From Chitinophagaceae bacterium (GTDB taxonomy: Bacteria > Bacteroidota > Bacteroidia > Chitinophagales > Chitinophagaceae), in assembly GCA_049840875.1 (NCBI GenBank), contig JASGJE010000011.1:695978-759977 (forward strand): DNA of 64,000 nucleotides, given 5' to 3'. Numbering within the stretch: position 1 is the first letter of the stretch; the number at the start of each line of letters is the position of its first letter. The position numbers and the translations under genes were made by a program. A model generated the notes under the pieces. That model was not told the DNA's origin and did not search any database. It saw only the letters and a program-made list of their open reading frames with translations. Below, in pieces: positions 10,090 through 20,439 of this stretch.

Positions 10090-11262
10090 TCACGACAAGC
10101 TTCTGCTTATTCCCAATTCCAATCCTCTCAATTCTGCCAGTCCTCTCAAACGGCCGATAGCAGAATAGCCAGGATACGTTTTCTTCCCAAGATCATCCAG
10201 CATCTGGTGACCATGGTCTGGTCGCATCGGTATTGAAACATTTCTCCGTTTCATCAACAGCACAATTTCTTTTACAATTTCGTACATATCTGTATCGCCG
10301 CCGAGGTGATCTGCTTCATAAAAATTTCCTTCCGCATCTCTTTTAGTATTGCGCAAATGCAAAAAATGAACGTGATCTCCAAAGCGTTTCAGCATTCTCG
10401 GCAAATCATTATCAGCCCTTGCACCGAAGGAACCAGTACAAAAACAAAAACCATTTGCCGATGATGGAACTGCATTCAGTAAGTCAGCGCCGTCTTGCTC
10501 CGTACTCATGATTCGTGGCAGACCTAATACCGAATAGGGAGGATCATCCGGATGAATAGCCATTTTTAGCCCGCATTCTTCTGCAACAGGAACAACTTGT
10601 TTTAAAAAATAAAACAAATGCTCCTTTAGCTTTTTTGCATCAATGTCTTTGTATCCATTTAGTGCAGATAAAACCTGTTCAGCCGTAAAAGATTCATCGC
10701 TTCCCGGCAAACCCAGCATCATGTTTTGAAAAAGATATTTTTTGTCTTCTTCTGATAGTGACTCAAATTTTATTTTTGCTTTTTGCAATTCTTCAGCGGA
10801 ATAAGATTTATCTGCGCCTGGACGTTTCAACAAAAACAAATCGAAAACGAGATAAGCAGCACGATTAAAATACAAAGCAGTACTACCATCCGTCATTGGG
10901 TAGTATATATCTGTGCGCAGCCAATCGAGGATCGGCATAAAATTATACGTCACTACTTCCAATCCACATGCAGCTACATTGCGCAAGCTTTCCTTATAGT
11001 TATCTATATACAATTTGAAATTTCCGGATTGCTTTTTTATGTCTTCATGTACGGGTAGGCTTTCAATAACGGTCCAGGTCATTCCTGCATCTTCAATCAT
11101 TTTTTTTCGTTTGCTGATCTCATCTTTTGTCCACACTTCACCAACGGGAACCTGGTGCAAAGCTGTAACAACACCTTCGCAACCTGCCTGGCGGAGATCC
11201 GATAAACGCACTGCATCATGAGGTCCGTACCATCGCATCGTCTGTCGCATTAATCTCGTCAT
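10090..11262 (-). CDS. uxuA: Mannonate dehydratase
   Basis: N-terminus [40 protein letters not shown] is the canonical UxuA signature (xylose-isomerase-like TIM barrel). Confidence 0.9.
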   Translation of the reverse strand: MTRLMRQTMRWYGPHDAVRLSDLRQAGCEGVVTALHQVPVGEVWTKDEISKRKKMIEDAGMTWTVIESLPVHEDIKKQSGNFKLYIDNYKESLRNVAACGLEVVTYNFMPILDWLRTDIYYPMTDGSTALYFNRAAYLVFDLFLLKRPGADKSYSAEELQKAKIKFESLSEEDKKYLFQNMMLGLPGSDESFTAEQVLSALNGYKDIDAKKLKEHLFYFLKQVVPVAEECGLKMAIHPDDPPYSVLGLPRIMSTEQDGADLLNAVPSSANGFCFCTGSFGARADNDLPRMLKRFGDHVHFLHLRNTKRDAEGNFYEADHLGGDTDMYEIVKEIVLLMKRRNVSIPMRPDHGHQMLDDLGKKTYPGYSAIGRLRGLAELRGLELGISRSLS

Positions 11263-11315
11263 AATTTTATAAATTTAAACCGATTTATTCCTGCAAGATT
11301 ACGAAGGCAAATCAT

Positions 11316-13481
11316 ATGGAAAAGAAATTTTTGGCCAATCTTTCTGTCATTATCTTTTCACTCCTTCTTTTATCGCACAGCTCGAGAGCTGAGGGCGGAT
11401 ACGATCTCTGGCTCCGATATCATTTAGTCAGTAATTCAAAAATCCTGGCAACGTACAGATCGGCTATATCGGGAATCAACTGTAGTGATCATTCTCCGAT
11501 CATTGCATCTGCAAAAGAGGAAATGCTGAAAGGAATCGAAGGGTTGCTAGAAACAAAGATCACGCTACAGTCATCCGTTCAAAACGGTTCTATCGTTATT
11601 GGTTCTGGTAACTCTTTGCCATTAAAATTGACTGCAGATATATCTAACGACCTGAAAGAAACAGGCAATGAAGGATTCATACTTTCCACCAAAGTAATTG
11701 AAGGCAAGAAAATCATTTTGATTACCGGCAATTCCGACGCAGGCGTTTTATATGGTGTATTTCATTTCTTACGCTTGTTACAAACGCAACAACCGATAAC
11801 GCAACTTCATATCGTTTCCACTCCCCGCATTAAATTAAGAATGCTGGATCATTGGGATAATCTCGATGGTTCAGTTGAAAGAGGTTACGCCGGCAATTCT
11901 ATCTGGAAATGGAATGAGCTTCCGGGTACAATCGATCCGCGTTATAAAGATTATGCAAGGGCCAATGCATCAATTGGCATCAACGCTGTATCAATAACCA
12001 ATGTGAATGCGAATGCTACTGTGTTGACTCATGCTTATCTTGAAAAAGTGGCAGCGTTAGCAAACATATTTCGTGCATATAGCATCAAAGTATTTCTGAC
12101 GGCACGCTTCAGCGCACCGATTGAAATTGGTGGCTTAAAAACTGCTGATCCATCAGACGCAGATGTTCAACGCTGGTGGAAAGAAAAAGCGAATGAGATT
12201 TATTCATTGATCCCTGACTTTGGCGGATTTTTAATTAAAGCAAACTCCGAAGGTCAACCCGGGCCACAGAAATACAATCGTACACATGCAGACGGAGCGA
12301 ATTTATTTGCTGATGCGGTTGCACCACACAATGGCATTGTTATCTGGCGTGCATTTGTATATAGCAATGAAACATCGGCGGACCGGCATAAGCAAGCCTA
12401 TGATGAATTCGTTCCACTCGACGGAAAATTTCGCGACAATGTATTGATACAGGTAAAAAATGGCGCTATTGATTTTCAACCGAGAGAACCTTTTCACCCG
12501 TTATTCGGTGCTATGCCTAAAACGCCGCTGGCAATGGAGTTCCAATTAACACAGGAATATCTTGGGCAAGGAACACACCTGGTTTATCTCGCTCCGTTAT
12601 TTAAAGAATGTTTGCAAAGCGATACGTATGCAGAGGGGAAAGGCAGTATTGTGGCGAAGGTTATTGATGGTTCTCTTGATCATCATTCTTTGACGTGTAT
12701 GGCTGGTGTTGCGAACATTGGTAACGATACCGACTGGTGCGGCCATCCATTTGCTCAGGCAAACTGGTATGCACTGGGAAGGTTAGCATGGGATTATGAT
12801 TTAACTTCTTCTCAGATAGCGGATGAATGGCTGCGCATGACTTTTACCAATGACGAATCGTTTGTTCGTCCGATCACACAGATGATGCTGGATAGCAGGG
12901 AAACTACTGTAAGCTACATGACTCCCCTCGGCCTTCATCATATCATGGGCTACGGTCATCACTATGGTCCGGCGCCGTGGGTAAATGATGCGCCAAGAGC
13001 TGACTGGAACTGTACTTACTATCATAAAGCCGATAGCAAAGGCATTGGGTTTGATCGTACCGAAAGCGGTAGTAATGCTATCGCACAATACAAACCTGAA
13101 GTACAAAAGCAATGGAATAGTTTGGAGACCTGTGATGAACGATACCTGCTGTGGTTTCATCACGTGCCATGGGATTATAAAATGAAAAGTAGCCGTACAC
13201 TCTGGAATGAACTCTGCTACCGATACTATACCGGTGCCGCACAGGTGAAAAAAATGCAGGAAACATGGACATCGGTTCAATCAAAAATCGATTTGCATCG
13301 CTACAATCATGTCGCCGAATTACTGGAAATTCAGCATAACGAAGCCGTATGGTGGAGAAATGCCTGCCTTTTATATTTTCAGACTTTTTCAAATATGCCA
13401 ATACCTTCTCAGTACGAACAACCCGATCATTCACTTGACTATTATAAAGCGATAAAATTGACCCGATCTCCCGGTCATTGA
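11316..13481 (+). CDS. aguA: GH67 alpha-glucuronidase (xylan alpha-1,2-glucuronosidase)
   Basis: Signal peptide followed by the GYDLWLRY motif. Length ~720 aa is typical of GH67. Confidence 0.85.
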   Translation: MEKKFLANLSVIIFSLLLLSHSSRAEGGYDLWLRYHLVSNSKILATYRSAISGINCSDHSPIIASAKEEMLKGIEGLLETKITLQSSVQNGSIVIGSGNSLPLKLTADISNDLKETGNEGFILSTKVIEGKKIILITGNSDAGVLYGVFHFLRLLQTQQPITQLHIVSTPRIKLRMLDHWDNLDGSVERGYAGNSIWKWNELPGTIDPRYKDYARANASIGINAVSITNVNANATVLTHAYLEKVAALANIFRAYSIKVFLTARFSAPIEIGGLKTADPSDADVQRWWKEKANEIYSLIPDFGGFLIKANSEGQPGPQKYNRTHADGANLFADAVAPHNGIVIWRAFVYSNETSADRHKQAYDEFVPLDGKFRDNVLIQVKNGAIDFQPREPFHPLFGAMPKTPLAMEFQLTQEYLGQGTHLVYLAPLFKECLQSDTYAEGKGSIVAKVIDGSLDHHSLTCMAGVANIGNDTDWCGHPFAQANWYALGRLAWDYDLTSSQIADEWLRMTFTNDESFVRPITQMMLDSRETTVSYMTPLGLHHIMGYGHHYGPAPWVNDAPRADWNCTYYHKADSKGIGFDRTESGSNAIAQYKPEVQKQWNSLETCDERYLLWFHHVPWDYKMKSSRTLWNELCYRYYTGAAQVKKMQETWTSVQSKIDLHRYNHVAELLEIQHNEAVWWRNACLLYFQTFSNMPIPSQYEQPDHSLDYYKAIKLTRSPGH

Positions 13482-13548
13482 CAAAAAAACTTCTTTGACT
13501 ATCCGTTATTTGGTTTAGAAGAAAACTGAAGGGTTCTCTAAAATTATA

Positions 13549-13636
13549 TTTGGCTAAAGCCAATAGACTTCTCAACCTATTGCCACGGCATTAATGCCTT
13601 GGCAATAGTAGCATTCTGAGCCAGGCTTTAGCCCAA
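13549..13636. repeat. REP/MITE-like palindromic element copy 1 (TIR TTTGGCTAAAGCC ... GGCTTTAGCCCAA; inner hairpin ATTGCCACGGCATTAATGCCTTGGCAAT)
   Basis: Same 13-14-bp terminal inverted repeats as the elements at 18919, 47200-47960 and 55273. Located downstream of aguA. Confidence 0.8.
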
Positions 13637-13728
13637 TGCAGTACCTGAAGCAAATTGCAGGTAATCATTAAAACTTCTTTGAGCTTTGAAGGAAAATCTT
13701 CGGTTTCTTTGTAGAAAGATAATTGCTG

Positions 13729-14487
13729 ATGGAAAAATCAAATCGATACCAACAACCTGTTGCTATTGTAACCGGTGGCGCTTCCGGTATCGGCCTTGCT
13801 ATTGCAAAAAAATTTGCAGAAGAGAATATTTTCACAATTGTGATCGGTCGCGATGCCGCGAAATTAGAAGCAGTAAAAAAACATCTGCGGGATAATGGTG
13901 TAACAATTCAGTTTGATCTGACCGATCTTAAAGCAATTCCGGAGTTAGTCAGAAATATCATGACTCAATATGCGCATATTGATATTCTGGTAAACAACGC
14001 GGGAATCAATATGAAAAAAGAATTTGCAGAAGTAACAGATGAAGATTTTCAAACCATTTTACATACTAATGTAAATGCAGTATTCACTTTGTCCCGTGAA
14101 GTGGTAAAGTGTATGCAGGAACAGAAAAGTGGCAGTATCATCAACATCAGTTCAATGGCTGCGCAATATGGTTTGCCAAAAGTGATTGCCTATACGGCAT
14201 CCAAAAGTGCGATCGAAGGAATGACGGCAGCAATGGCAGTCGAGTTATCACCAAAAGGAATAAGAGTGAACGCTATTGCGCCGGGATTTATTGCGACAGA
14301 TATGTCGGCAAAAGCATTGAATAACGATAGCGAGCGAAAACAAAAAGTGTTAAACCGAACGCCGATTGGTTACCTGGGTGAACCCGAAGATGTAGCTGAA
14401 GCGGCTCTTTTTCTTGCAACAGATAAATCGAAATATATAACAGGAACAACCATCCGCGTTGACGGCGGAAATGCAATTGGATTTTAA
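13729..14487 (+). CDS. SDR-family oxidoreductase (probable D-mannonate/fructuronate or 2-keto-3-deoxygluconate oxidoreductase of the hexuronate pathway)
   Basis: TGGASGIGLAIAKKF Rossmann motif, catalytic YxxxK (YTASK) and the PGFIATDM motif. The genomic context sits between aguA and uxaC. Confidence 0.8.
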   Translation: MEKSNRYQQPVAIVTGGASGIGLAIAKKFAEENIFTIVIGRDAAKLEAVKKHLRDNGVTIQFDLTDLKAIPELVRNIMTQYAHIDILVNNAGINMKKEFAEVTDEDFQTILHTNVNAVFTLSREVVKCMQEQKSGSIINISSMAAQYGLPKVIAYTASKSAIEGMTAAMAVELSPKGIRVNAIAPGFIATDMSAKALNNDSERKQKVLNRTPIGYLGEPEDVAEAALFLATDKSKYITGTTIRVDGGNAIGF

Positions 14488-14497
14488 ATTAACAGGA

Positions 14498-15937
14498 ATG
14501 GCAAAAAGCAGATCAAAAGACACAAAAGGCCCCCAGCCATTACAATGGCTGCATGATGATTTTTTATTGCAGAATAAAACGGCACGGCGACTTTATCATG
14601 ACTACGCAGAGTCGATGCCGATCATCGATTATCACAATCACCTATCGCCGCAGCAAGTAGCAGAAGACGGATGTTTTGAAAACATAACACAAGCATGGCT
14701 TTACGGCGATCATTATAAATGGAGAGCAATGCGAACAAACGGCGTTGCTGAAAAATATTGTACCGGCGCTGCAAGTGATTATGAAAAATTCGAACAGTGG
14801 GCTGCTACTGTTCCTTATACTTTACGTAACCCGCTTTATCATTGGACGCACCTCGAATTGCAGCGATATTTTGGTGTGAACGAAACATTGTCGCCGGTTA
14901 CATCAAAAAAGATTTATGACGAAAGCTCTGACAAACTAAAGTCCCGCGATTATAGCATTCGCAACCTGTTGCGGAAAATGAATGTAAAACTGATTTGCAC
15001 TACGGATGATCCTGTTGATTCATTGGAATATCATCAAAAAATTAAAGCAGACGGATTTGAAATAAAAGTATTACCTGCTTTTCGTCCCGATAAGGCAATG
15101 AATGTGGATGATGTTTTGCAGTTTAATCAATATGTCGATGCTTTGGAAATTGTCGCAGATGTTTCAATCCATTCATTTAATCATTTCCTCGACGCGTTGA
15201 AAAGCAGGCACGACTATTTCGCAGCAAACGGATGTGGCGTTTCTGATCATGGATTGAATGAAATTTTTGCAGAAGAATATTCAGATAGCGAGATCGAAAC
15301 TATTTTTTCAAAAATCCGATCTGAAAATAATTTAGATGAACTGGAGAAAAGAAAATTCAAATCTGCCATGCTCGTCATCCTGGCCGAATGGGATTGTGAA
15401 AAAAACTGGGTGCAACAATTCCATATCGGCGCTATGCGCAATAATAATACAAGAATGATGCAGCAACTTGGGGCCGACACCGGTTGGGATAGTATTGGTG
15501 ATTATAAATACGGATCAGCGTTATCGAAATTTCTGAACAGGTTGGACAAGAATAATAAACTGGCAAAGACGATCATCTATAACCTAAATCCGGCTGATAA
15601 CGCAATGATGGCAACGATGCCGGGAAATTTCAATGATGGTTCAGTAGCAGGGAAAATTCAATGGGGAGCAGCATGGTGGTTTCTCGATCAGAAAGATGGC
15701 ATTCGCCAGCATATGGATACGCTTTCAAACATGGGCTTGCTAAGCCGGTTTGTGGGAATGCTGACCGATAGCCGCAGCTTTCTTTCCTTTCCACGACATG
15801 AATATTTCAGAAGAATACTCTGCAATGTATTCGGCGAAGAGATTGAAAATGGAGAATTACCGAATGATATTGAGTGGATCGGCAAAGTAGTGCAGGATAT
15901 TTGTTATAATAACACGAGGGAGTATTTTGGATGGTGA
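14498..15937 (+). CDS. uxaC: Glucuronate isomerase
   Basis: FLLQNKTARRLYHDYAESMPIIDYHNHLSPQQVAEDGCFENITQAWLYGDHYKWRAMRTNGV matches the UxaC N-terminus. The ORF track starts at TTG 14459, overlapping the SDR end; the first plausible ATGs are 14471 and 14498. Confidence 0.9.
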   Translation: MAKSRSKDTKGPQPLQWLHDDFLLQNKTARRLYHDYAESMPIIDYHNHLSPQQVAEDGCFENITQAWLYGDHYKWRAMRTNGVAEKYCTGAASDYEKFEQWAATVPYTLRNPLYHWTHLELQRYFGVNETLSPVTSKKIYDESSDKLKSRDYSIRNLLRKMNVKLICTTDDPVDSLEYHQKIKADGFEIKVLPAFRPDKAMNVDDVLQFNQYVDALEIVADVSIHSFNHFLDALKSRHDYFAANGCGVSDHGLNEIFAEEYSDSEIETIFSKIRSENNLDELEKRKFKSAMLVILAEWDCEKNWVQQFHIGAMRNNNTRMMQQLGADTGWDSIGDYKYGSALSKFLNRLDKNNKLAKTIIYNLNPADNAMMATMPGNFNDGSVAGKIQWGAAWWFLDQKDGIRQHMDTLSNMGLLSRFVGMLTDSRSFLSFPRHEYFRRILCNVFGEEIENGELPNDIEWIGKVVQDICYNNTREYFGW

Positions 15938-16146
15938 AGCAAAGCCCCTCCAAACCTCCCCTTGCAGGGAGGCTTGCAACGCACAGCCCAGATTTTCGAT
16001 TTATCTTTCAAGAAATGTAATTGCTTATTCAGAAAATATAAAGTAAATGTCAGGAATTCATCCCCTCCTCGGAAAGGCAATTTGAAGAAATGAGGAACTT
16101 TAATCAATCAGGATGGGTTGCCGAAAAAAAATCAAAAACTCTTCAA

Positions 16147-17337
16147 ATGAATACACTTTCTTTGAAACCTATCCTATTCGTTATTATAATACTCGTTTTC
16201 TCATTCTCTAAAACAAATGCCCAACAAACCATTACCGGCTTCGTGTTCGACGATGCGAATCATAATGGAGTAAAAGATAAAAACGAGACGGGCATCAAAG
16301 GAGTAGCCGTATCAGACCAGATGAAAGTTGTAACAACTGGCGATGATGGCAGATACACTTTATCAAGTGCAAAAGGATATGGCCTCATTTTTATCAGCAC
16401 TCCTGATGGATATAAAAGCACAGACGTGTTCTGGAAAGTGATTGATACTACACAAAAAGATGCAATAATCAATTTCGCATTGTCAAAAACGAAAGCTGTT
16501 ACTTCATTTACATTTATTCATGCATCGGATACGCATGTCAGTCAGGCAAGCCTTGATAGAATGAAACTACTTGAAAAGATTACAGATTCTGTCAAACCTG
16601 ATATAATGCTGATCACCGGCGACCTGGTGAAAGATGCATTGCGTGTGCCCGAAACAACTGCGAGAAGTTTATATGAGCTGTTTAAATCGGAGCGAGCAAA
16701 TATTCATACGACGACCTGGCTGGTGCCCGGCAACCACGAGATATTCGGGATTGAACGCCATTTGTCACTTGTAAGCCCAAACAATCCATTGTATGGAAGA
16801 AAAATGTATCGTTATTACTTCGGCCCTGATTATTATTCTTTTAATTATGGCGGTGTTCATTTCATTGCATTGAATAGTCTCGACTTTGAAGATCTCTGGT
16901 ACTATGGCAAAATAGATTCAACACAAATCGAATGGCTGAAACAAGACGTCGCATCCGTTTCTCCACAAATGCCGATAATCACATTTCAACATGTGCCATT
17001 TTATTCAGGCGGGCTAAGCATGCAGAACTATGAAGCGAATGGGCCTGCGAGAACAGTTGAGTTGGAGCAAGGTGTTATTCAATACAGGCATGTGGTATCG
17101 AATACGGAAGATATTCTCAACATTATGAAGAAGCACAATTATCCCTTAGCGTTAGCCGGCCATCATCATTATCAACAAAAATTTTCTCTGGCTGGTATTC
17201 AAACACGGTTTGAGCAAACCGCAGCAGTAGTTGGCCCCGGTGGTGAAGGCAATTTGGAACTACCTTCTGGCGTAATGGTCTATACGGTAAAGGATGGAAA
17301 AATTGATGAAGGTAAATTTGTGACGCTCGATCATTAA
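16147..17337 (+). CDS. Secreted calcineurin-like metallophosphoesterase with an N-terminal SdrD-B/Cna-B-like domain
   Basis: Signal peptide MNTLSLKPILFVIIILVFSFSKTNAQ. Motifs GDLVKD...GNHE...GHHH are typical of metallophosphatases. Confidence 0.7.
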   Translation: MNTLSLKPILFVIIILVFSFSKTNAQQTITGFVFDDANHNGVKDKNETGIKGVAVSDQMKVVTTGDDGRYTLSSAKGYGLIFISTPDGYKSTDVFWKVIDTTQKDAIINFALSKTKAVTSFTFIHASDTHVSQASLDRMKLLEKITDSVKPDIMLITGDLVKDALRVPETTARSLYELFKSERANIHTTTWLVPGNHEIFGIERHLSLVSPNNPLYGRKMYRYYFGPDYYSFNYGGVHFIALNSLDFEDLWYYGKIDSTQIEWLKQDVASVSPQMPIITFQHVPFYSGGLSMQNYEANGPARTVELEQGVIQYRHVVSNTEDILNIMKKHNYPLALAGHHHYQQKFSLAGIQTRFEQTAAVVGPGGEGNLELPSGVMVYTVKDGKIDEGKFVTLDH

Positions 17338-17401
17338 TTCATTCCATCAATTTTGGTTTTGAAAACCTTGAGTGATTAAATTCGAGTCATAAATTATCGT
17401 A

Positions 17402-18853
17402 ATGATCAAAAAATTCTTTTTGTTTATTGGTGTCGCATTACTCATATTGATTGCAATTATTCTATTTAACACGTTCCGCAATTCTGCGTGGCCGGTTAGA
17501 CCCTCCGATGCCCAACTCCTACCTCTCCCGGATTCTGCAGCCATGCATATGAGTGAGGCCGTTAAGATAAAAACGATTTCAATCAGTGATACGTTACCAA
17601 TTGACACGACTGAATATTTAAAATTCATCGCTTTTATTGACAAATCTTATCCGCTTATTCATTCACATCTTACCCGAACTATTATTGACAGTTTGAACAT
17701 CGTATTTGAATGGAAAGGCAGTGATGCTACATTAAACCCTATAATATTAATGGGACATTATGATGTAGTTCCGGTAGAAGAAGCAGTGGCTGATAAATGG
17801 ACAGTACCGGCGTTCAGTGGGCTTATTACTGATAGTTGTGTGTGGGGTCGCGGATCAGTAGATGATAAATCAGGTGTCATCTCTGCGTTGGAAGCTACGG
17901 AAGCCATGTTGCGAAGACAATTTACACCGAAACGATCCATCTTTCTATGCTTTGGTCATGATGAAGAAATAAGTGGCAGTGGTGCGCGGGCCATTGTGAA
18001 ATACCTCGAAGGCAGAAATATAAAACCCGAGTTGGTATTAGACGAAGGCGGTGAAATAACTGAAACTAAGATTAAAGATGTAAAACGTCCTATTGCAGTA
18101 ATTGGTGTTGCGGAGAAAGGTTATGCTTCGTTTGAATTAACCGTAGAAAAGGAAGGCGGTCATTCTTCCAAACCTGATAAAGAAACTGCTATTGATATTT
18201 TAACAAAAGCTCTCTATACTCTCCGCAAAAACACGCCCGAATCAAGAATTACACCACCAGTTAAAGAATTCTTACACCGTATTGGTTCGTCGTCGGATAA
18301 TTTTACAACCCGCATGGCATCGTCAAACATGTGGCTGTTTGAAGGGATTACAAAAAATATTCTTTCTGCGAGTCCGGAAGGCAATGCCATGATTCATACA
18401 ACGATCGTTCCTACAATTCTGAAAAGCGGTATTAAAGACAATGTAATTCCATCCCGTGCGACTGCCGTTGTTAACAGCAGAATTCTCACAGGAGAAACAG
18501 CGAAGTCGGTTGAAGATTTTATTCGCAAAACGATCAATGACGACCGGGTAAAGATCCGGTCAATGGCAGGCATCGGAGCAGATCCTTCTGCCGGTACCAG
18601 TATTGGATCTACTGCATTTAAGCGTGTGGAAAGCGCCATTTACAAAACGACTCCTCAGGTTATACCAACACCTTATCTTATGATTGGCGCTACTGACTCA
18701 AAATATTACAGGCGTATTTCAGATCGTGTATTGAATTTTAATGCGATTACCGACAGCAAAGGTTTTCATGGTATTAATGAGCGATTGCCATTAAAAGATT
18801 TTCAACGTAGCATTAATTTTCTAATGACACTCATTGAAGAAAGCAACCAGTAG
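17402..18853 (+). CDS. M20-family metallopeptidase (carboxypeptidase S-like / peptidase dimerisation domain), N-terminal membrane anchor
   Basis: HYDVVPV...WGRGSVDDKSGV...GHDEE motifs of the M20 family; N-terminal TM helix. Confidence 0.75.
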   Translation: MIKKFFLFIGVALLILIAIILFNTFRNSAWPVRPSDAQLLPLPDSAAMHMSEAVKIKTISISDTLPIDTTEYLKFIAFIDKSYPLIHSHLTRTIIDSLNIVFEWKGSDATLNPIILMGHYDVVPVEEAVADKWTVPAFSGLITDSCVWGRGSVDDKSGVISALEATEAMLRRQFTPKRSIFLCFGHDEEISGSGARAIVKYLEGRNIKPELVLDEGGEITETKIKDVKRPIAVIGVAEKGYASFELTVEKEGGHSSKPDKETAIDILTKALYTLRKNTPESRITPPVKEFLHRIGSSSDNFTTRMASSNMWLFEGITKNILSASPEGNAMIHTTIVPTILKSGIKDNVIPSRATAVVNSRILTGETAKSVEDFIRKTINDDRVKIRSMAGIGADPSAGTSIGSTAFKRVESAIYKTTPQVIPTPYLMIGATDSKYYRRISDRVLNFNAITDSKGFHGINERLPLKDFQRSINFLMTLIEESNQ

Positions 18854-18918
18854 TTGAAATAAAAAAACTATCCACCATACTAGTTTTGAATAAAATCGAA
18901 TAGCCTTCTGATGTTACA

Positions 18919-18990
18919 TTTGGCTAAAGCCAATGACTTTTCAACATATGCCGGAGCAATATCAAAACCCTGACTCAGGCTTTAGCCAAA
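18919..18990. repeat. REP/MITE-like palindromic element copy 2 (TTTGGCTAAAGCCAATG ... CAGGCTTTAGCCAAA)
   Basis: Same TIRs as above; downstream of the M20 peptidase gene. Confidence 0.8.
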
Positions 18991-19041
18991 TCTCCTACTT
19001 AAACCCAATAGCGGATAGCCATTCAATAAAACTTTCTTGAA

Positions 19042-19986
19042 TTATTCTACTATAATTTTTTCCGTATAACTTTTACCGGATTGTTGTGCTGTTAGCTTTA
19101 TGAAATAAGCTCCTGCAGCAACAGAAGGTAAGTTGAATGAAATTCTTTGTCGTTTATCAATGTTCATTAATTGCCTTTGCACAACCTGCCCGGAAAGATT
19201 AATTAGTTCAATAGCATAATTATCATTGGAAAGTTTATTGCCTTCAATTGTAATTATTTGACCTTTAGCTATCGGATTTGGATAAACAGAGAATTTATTT
19301 TGTGGCTTAATAAAATCACTAAGAGAATCTTTCAGATTTTGAAAAAAAGTCGTTTTGCTGATCATCGTTTCTCCAACGGTTACAACAGTTCTTGTCAGTC
19401 CAGTTGTATATCTACCACAATTGGTCGCAGTGACGGAAACATCAGCCAGAGTGTCAATCTTGTAGAATAAAGTCAACATTAAAGTTGTCCTTGGTTTATA
19501 TTTTTTTAAATCCACAATTTTTTCATTCGAGGAAAATCCAACGCGACTTGCTATCAATGTGATTAAGTTATCAGATGCCTCAGTATTGATAAAAAAATTA
19601 CCGCTACTATCTGTCAATACACCTCTTTTCGTTCCTTTTATAATTATCGAACAATAAGGAATTGGTAAACCATTTTCATCAACAACAGCTCCACGAATCA
19701 CTGCTTTCTCAAAATTCATTTGCTTGATCACATCGGCTGGATCTTCGTTCAGGATTAATTTGACCTTCGGCGCCATTGCTACTTTACCAACTCTTTCCTG
19801 ATACTGCGCCTTCGCTTCCATCGAAACGAGCATCGCCGGTATAGCAACCTGGAAAGAATATTTTATCCAGGGTAATGTTTTGCGCGGCGCCTGAATATTG
19901 CGATTGAGTTGATCATCCATAAACCGTCCGCATACCGAACCAGTTGACGACTTTTTAAAAAATGACATCAATTGCGCATCGCTCAT
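19042..19986 (-). CDS. T9SS C-terminal-sorting-domain protein with a carboxypeptidase-regulatory-like (CarboxypepD_reg) domain
   Basis: C-terminal YFIKLTAQQSGKSYTEKIIVE beta-strand motif typical of T9SS type-A CTDs. CarboxypepD_reg-like IRGAVVDENGLPIPYCSIIIKG...DSSGNF. Confidence 0.6.
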   Translation of the reverse strand: MSDAQLMSFFKKSSTGSVCGRFMDDQLNRNIQAPRKTLPWIKYSFQVAIPAMLVSMEAKAQYQERVGKVAMAPKVKLILNEDPADVIKQMNFEKAVIRGAVVDENGLPIPYCSIIIKGTKRGVLTDSSGNFFINTEASDNLITLIASRVGFSSNEKIVDLKKYKPRTTLMLTLFYKIDTLADVSVTATNCGRYTTGLTRTVVTVGETMISKTTFFQNLKDSLSDFIKPQNKFSVYPNPIAKGQIITIEGNKLSNDNYAIELINLSGQVVQRQLMNIDKRQRISFNLPSVAAGAYFIKLTAQQSGKSYTEKIIVE

Positions 19987-20159
19987 CAGCGTAAAGTCAA
20001 TAACTTCTTTGCTGCAAGCATTGCAGAATTTTCCTTCTCAGCTGGCAACATATTTTCCCAGTTTTCATGACATGGAGTAGGTATATGCAGTTGTAATTTA
20101 TTCCTCATAAAATAGCTTTTAATTATTTTGATTCTGATTAAACCATAAGACACTAACCA

Positions 20160-20285
20160 TTGAACATTGAGTGTTGAGCATTGAAAAATTGGATATTTAA
20201 ACCAGGTTTGAAAAAATCACATTTTATAAGAAGGGGCGGACGTAAAAATTTTCAACACTTAATATTCAATGCTCAATTATAGAAA
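20160..20285. repeat. Imperfect ~30-bp inverted repeat pair (…GAGTGTTGAGCATTGAA… / …TTCAATGCTCAA…) around a ~65-bp spacer in a 450-bp intergenic gap; a GC hairpin (GGGCCCTGTAGATACAAGGCCC) lies just downstream at ~20289-20312
   Basis: Read directly from the sequence; a different family from the TTTGGCTAAAGCC elements. Confidence 0.5.
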
Positions 20286-20439
20286 CAAGCAGGGCCCTGT
20301 AGATACAAGGCCCGCAGTCTCTAACCGGCTGTTAGATAGACTTTCTTGAGAGATATGATTAACGGTAGTTGTTTACCGTTTGAACGCTTAGTTGTATTTG
20401 TTTGACGAATAACCATATCGCTGTGTTACAATTCTTCTG

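Noticed and set aside
13686-13895. 69-aa Cys/Arg-rich ORF
   Set aside because: Out-of-frame overlap with the N-terminus of the SDR gene; composition is driven by the SDR coding sequence.
15938-16089. Terminator hairpin CCTCCCCTTGCAGGGAGG after uxaC
   Set aside because: Short 6-bp stem without a following U-tract. Too weak to call as a feature.
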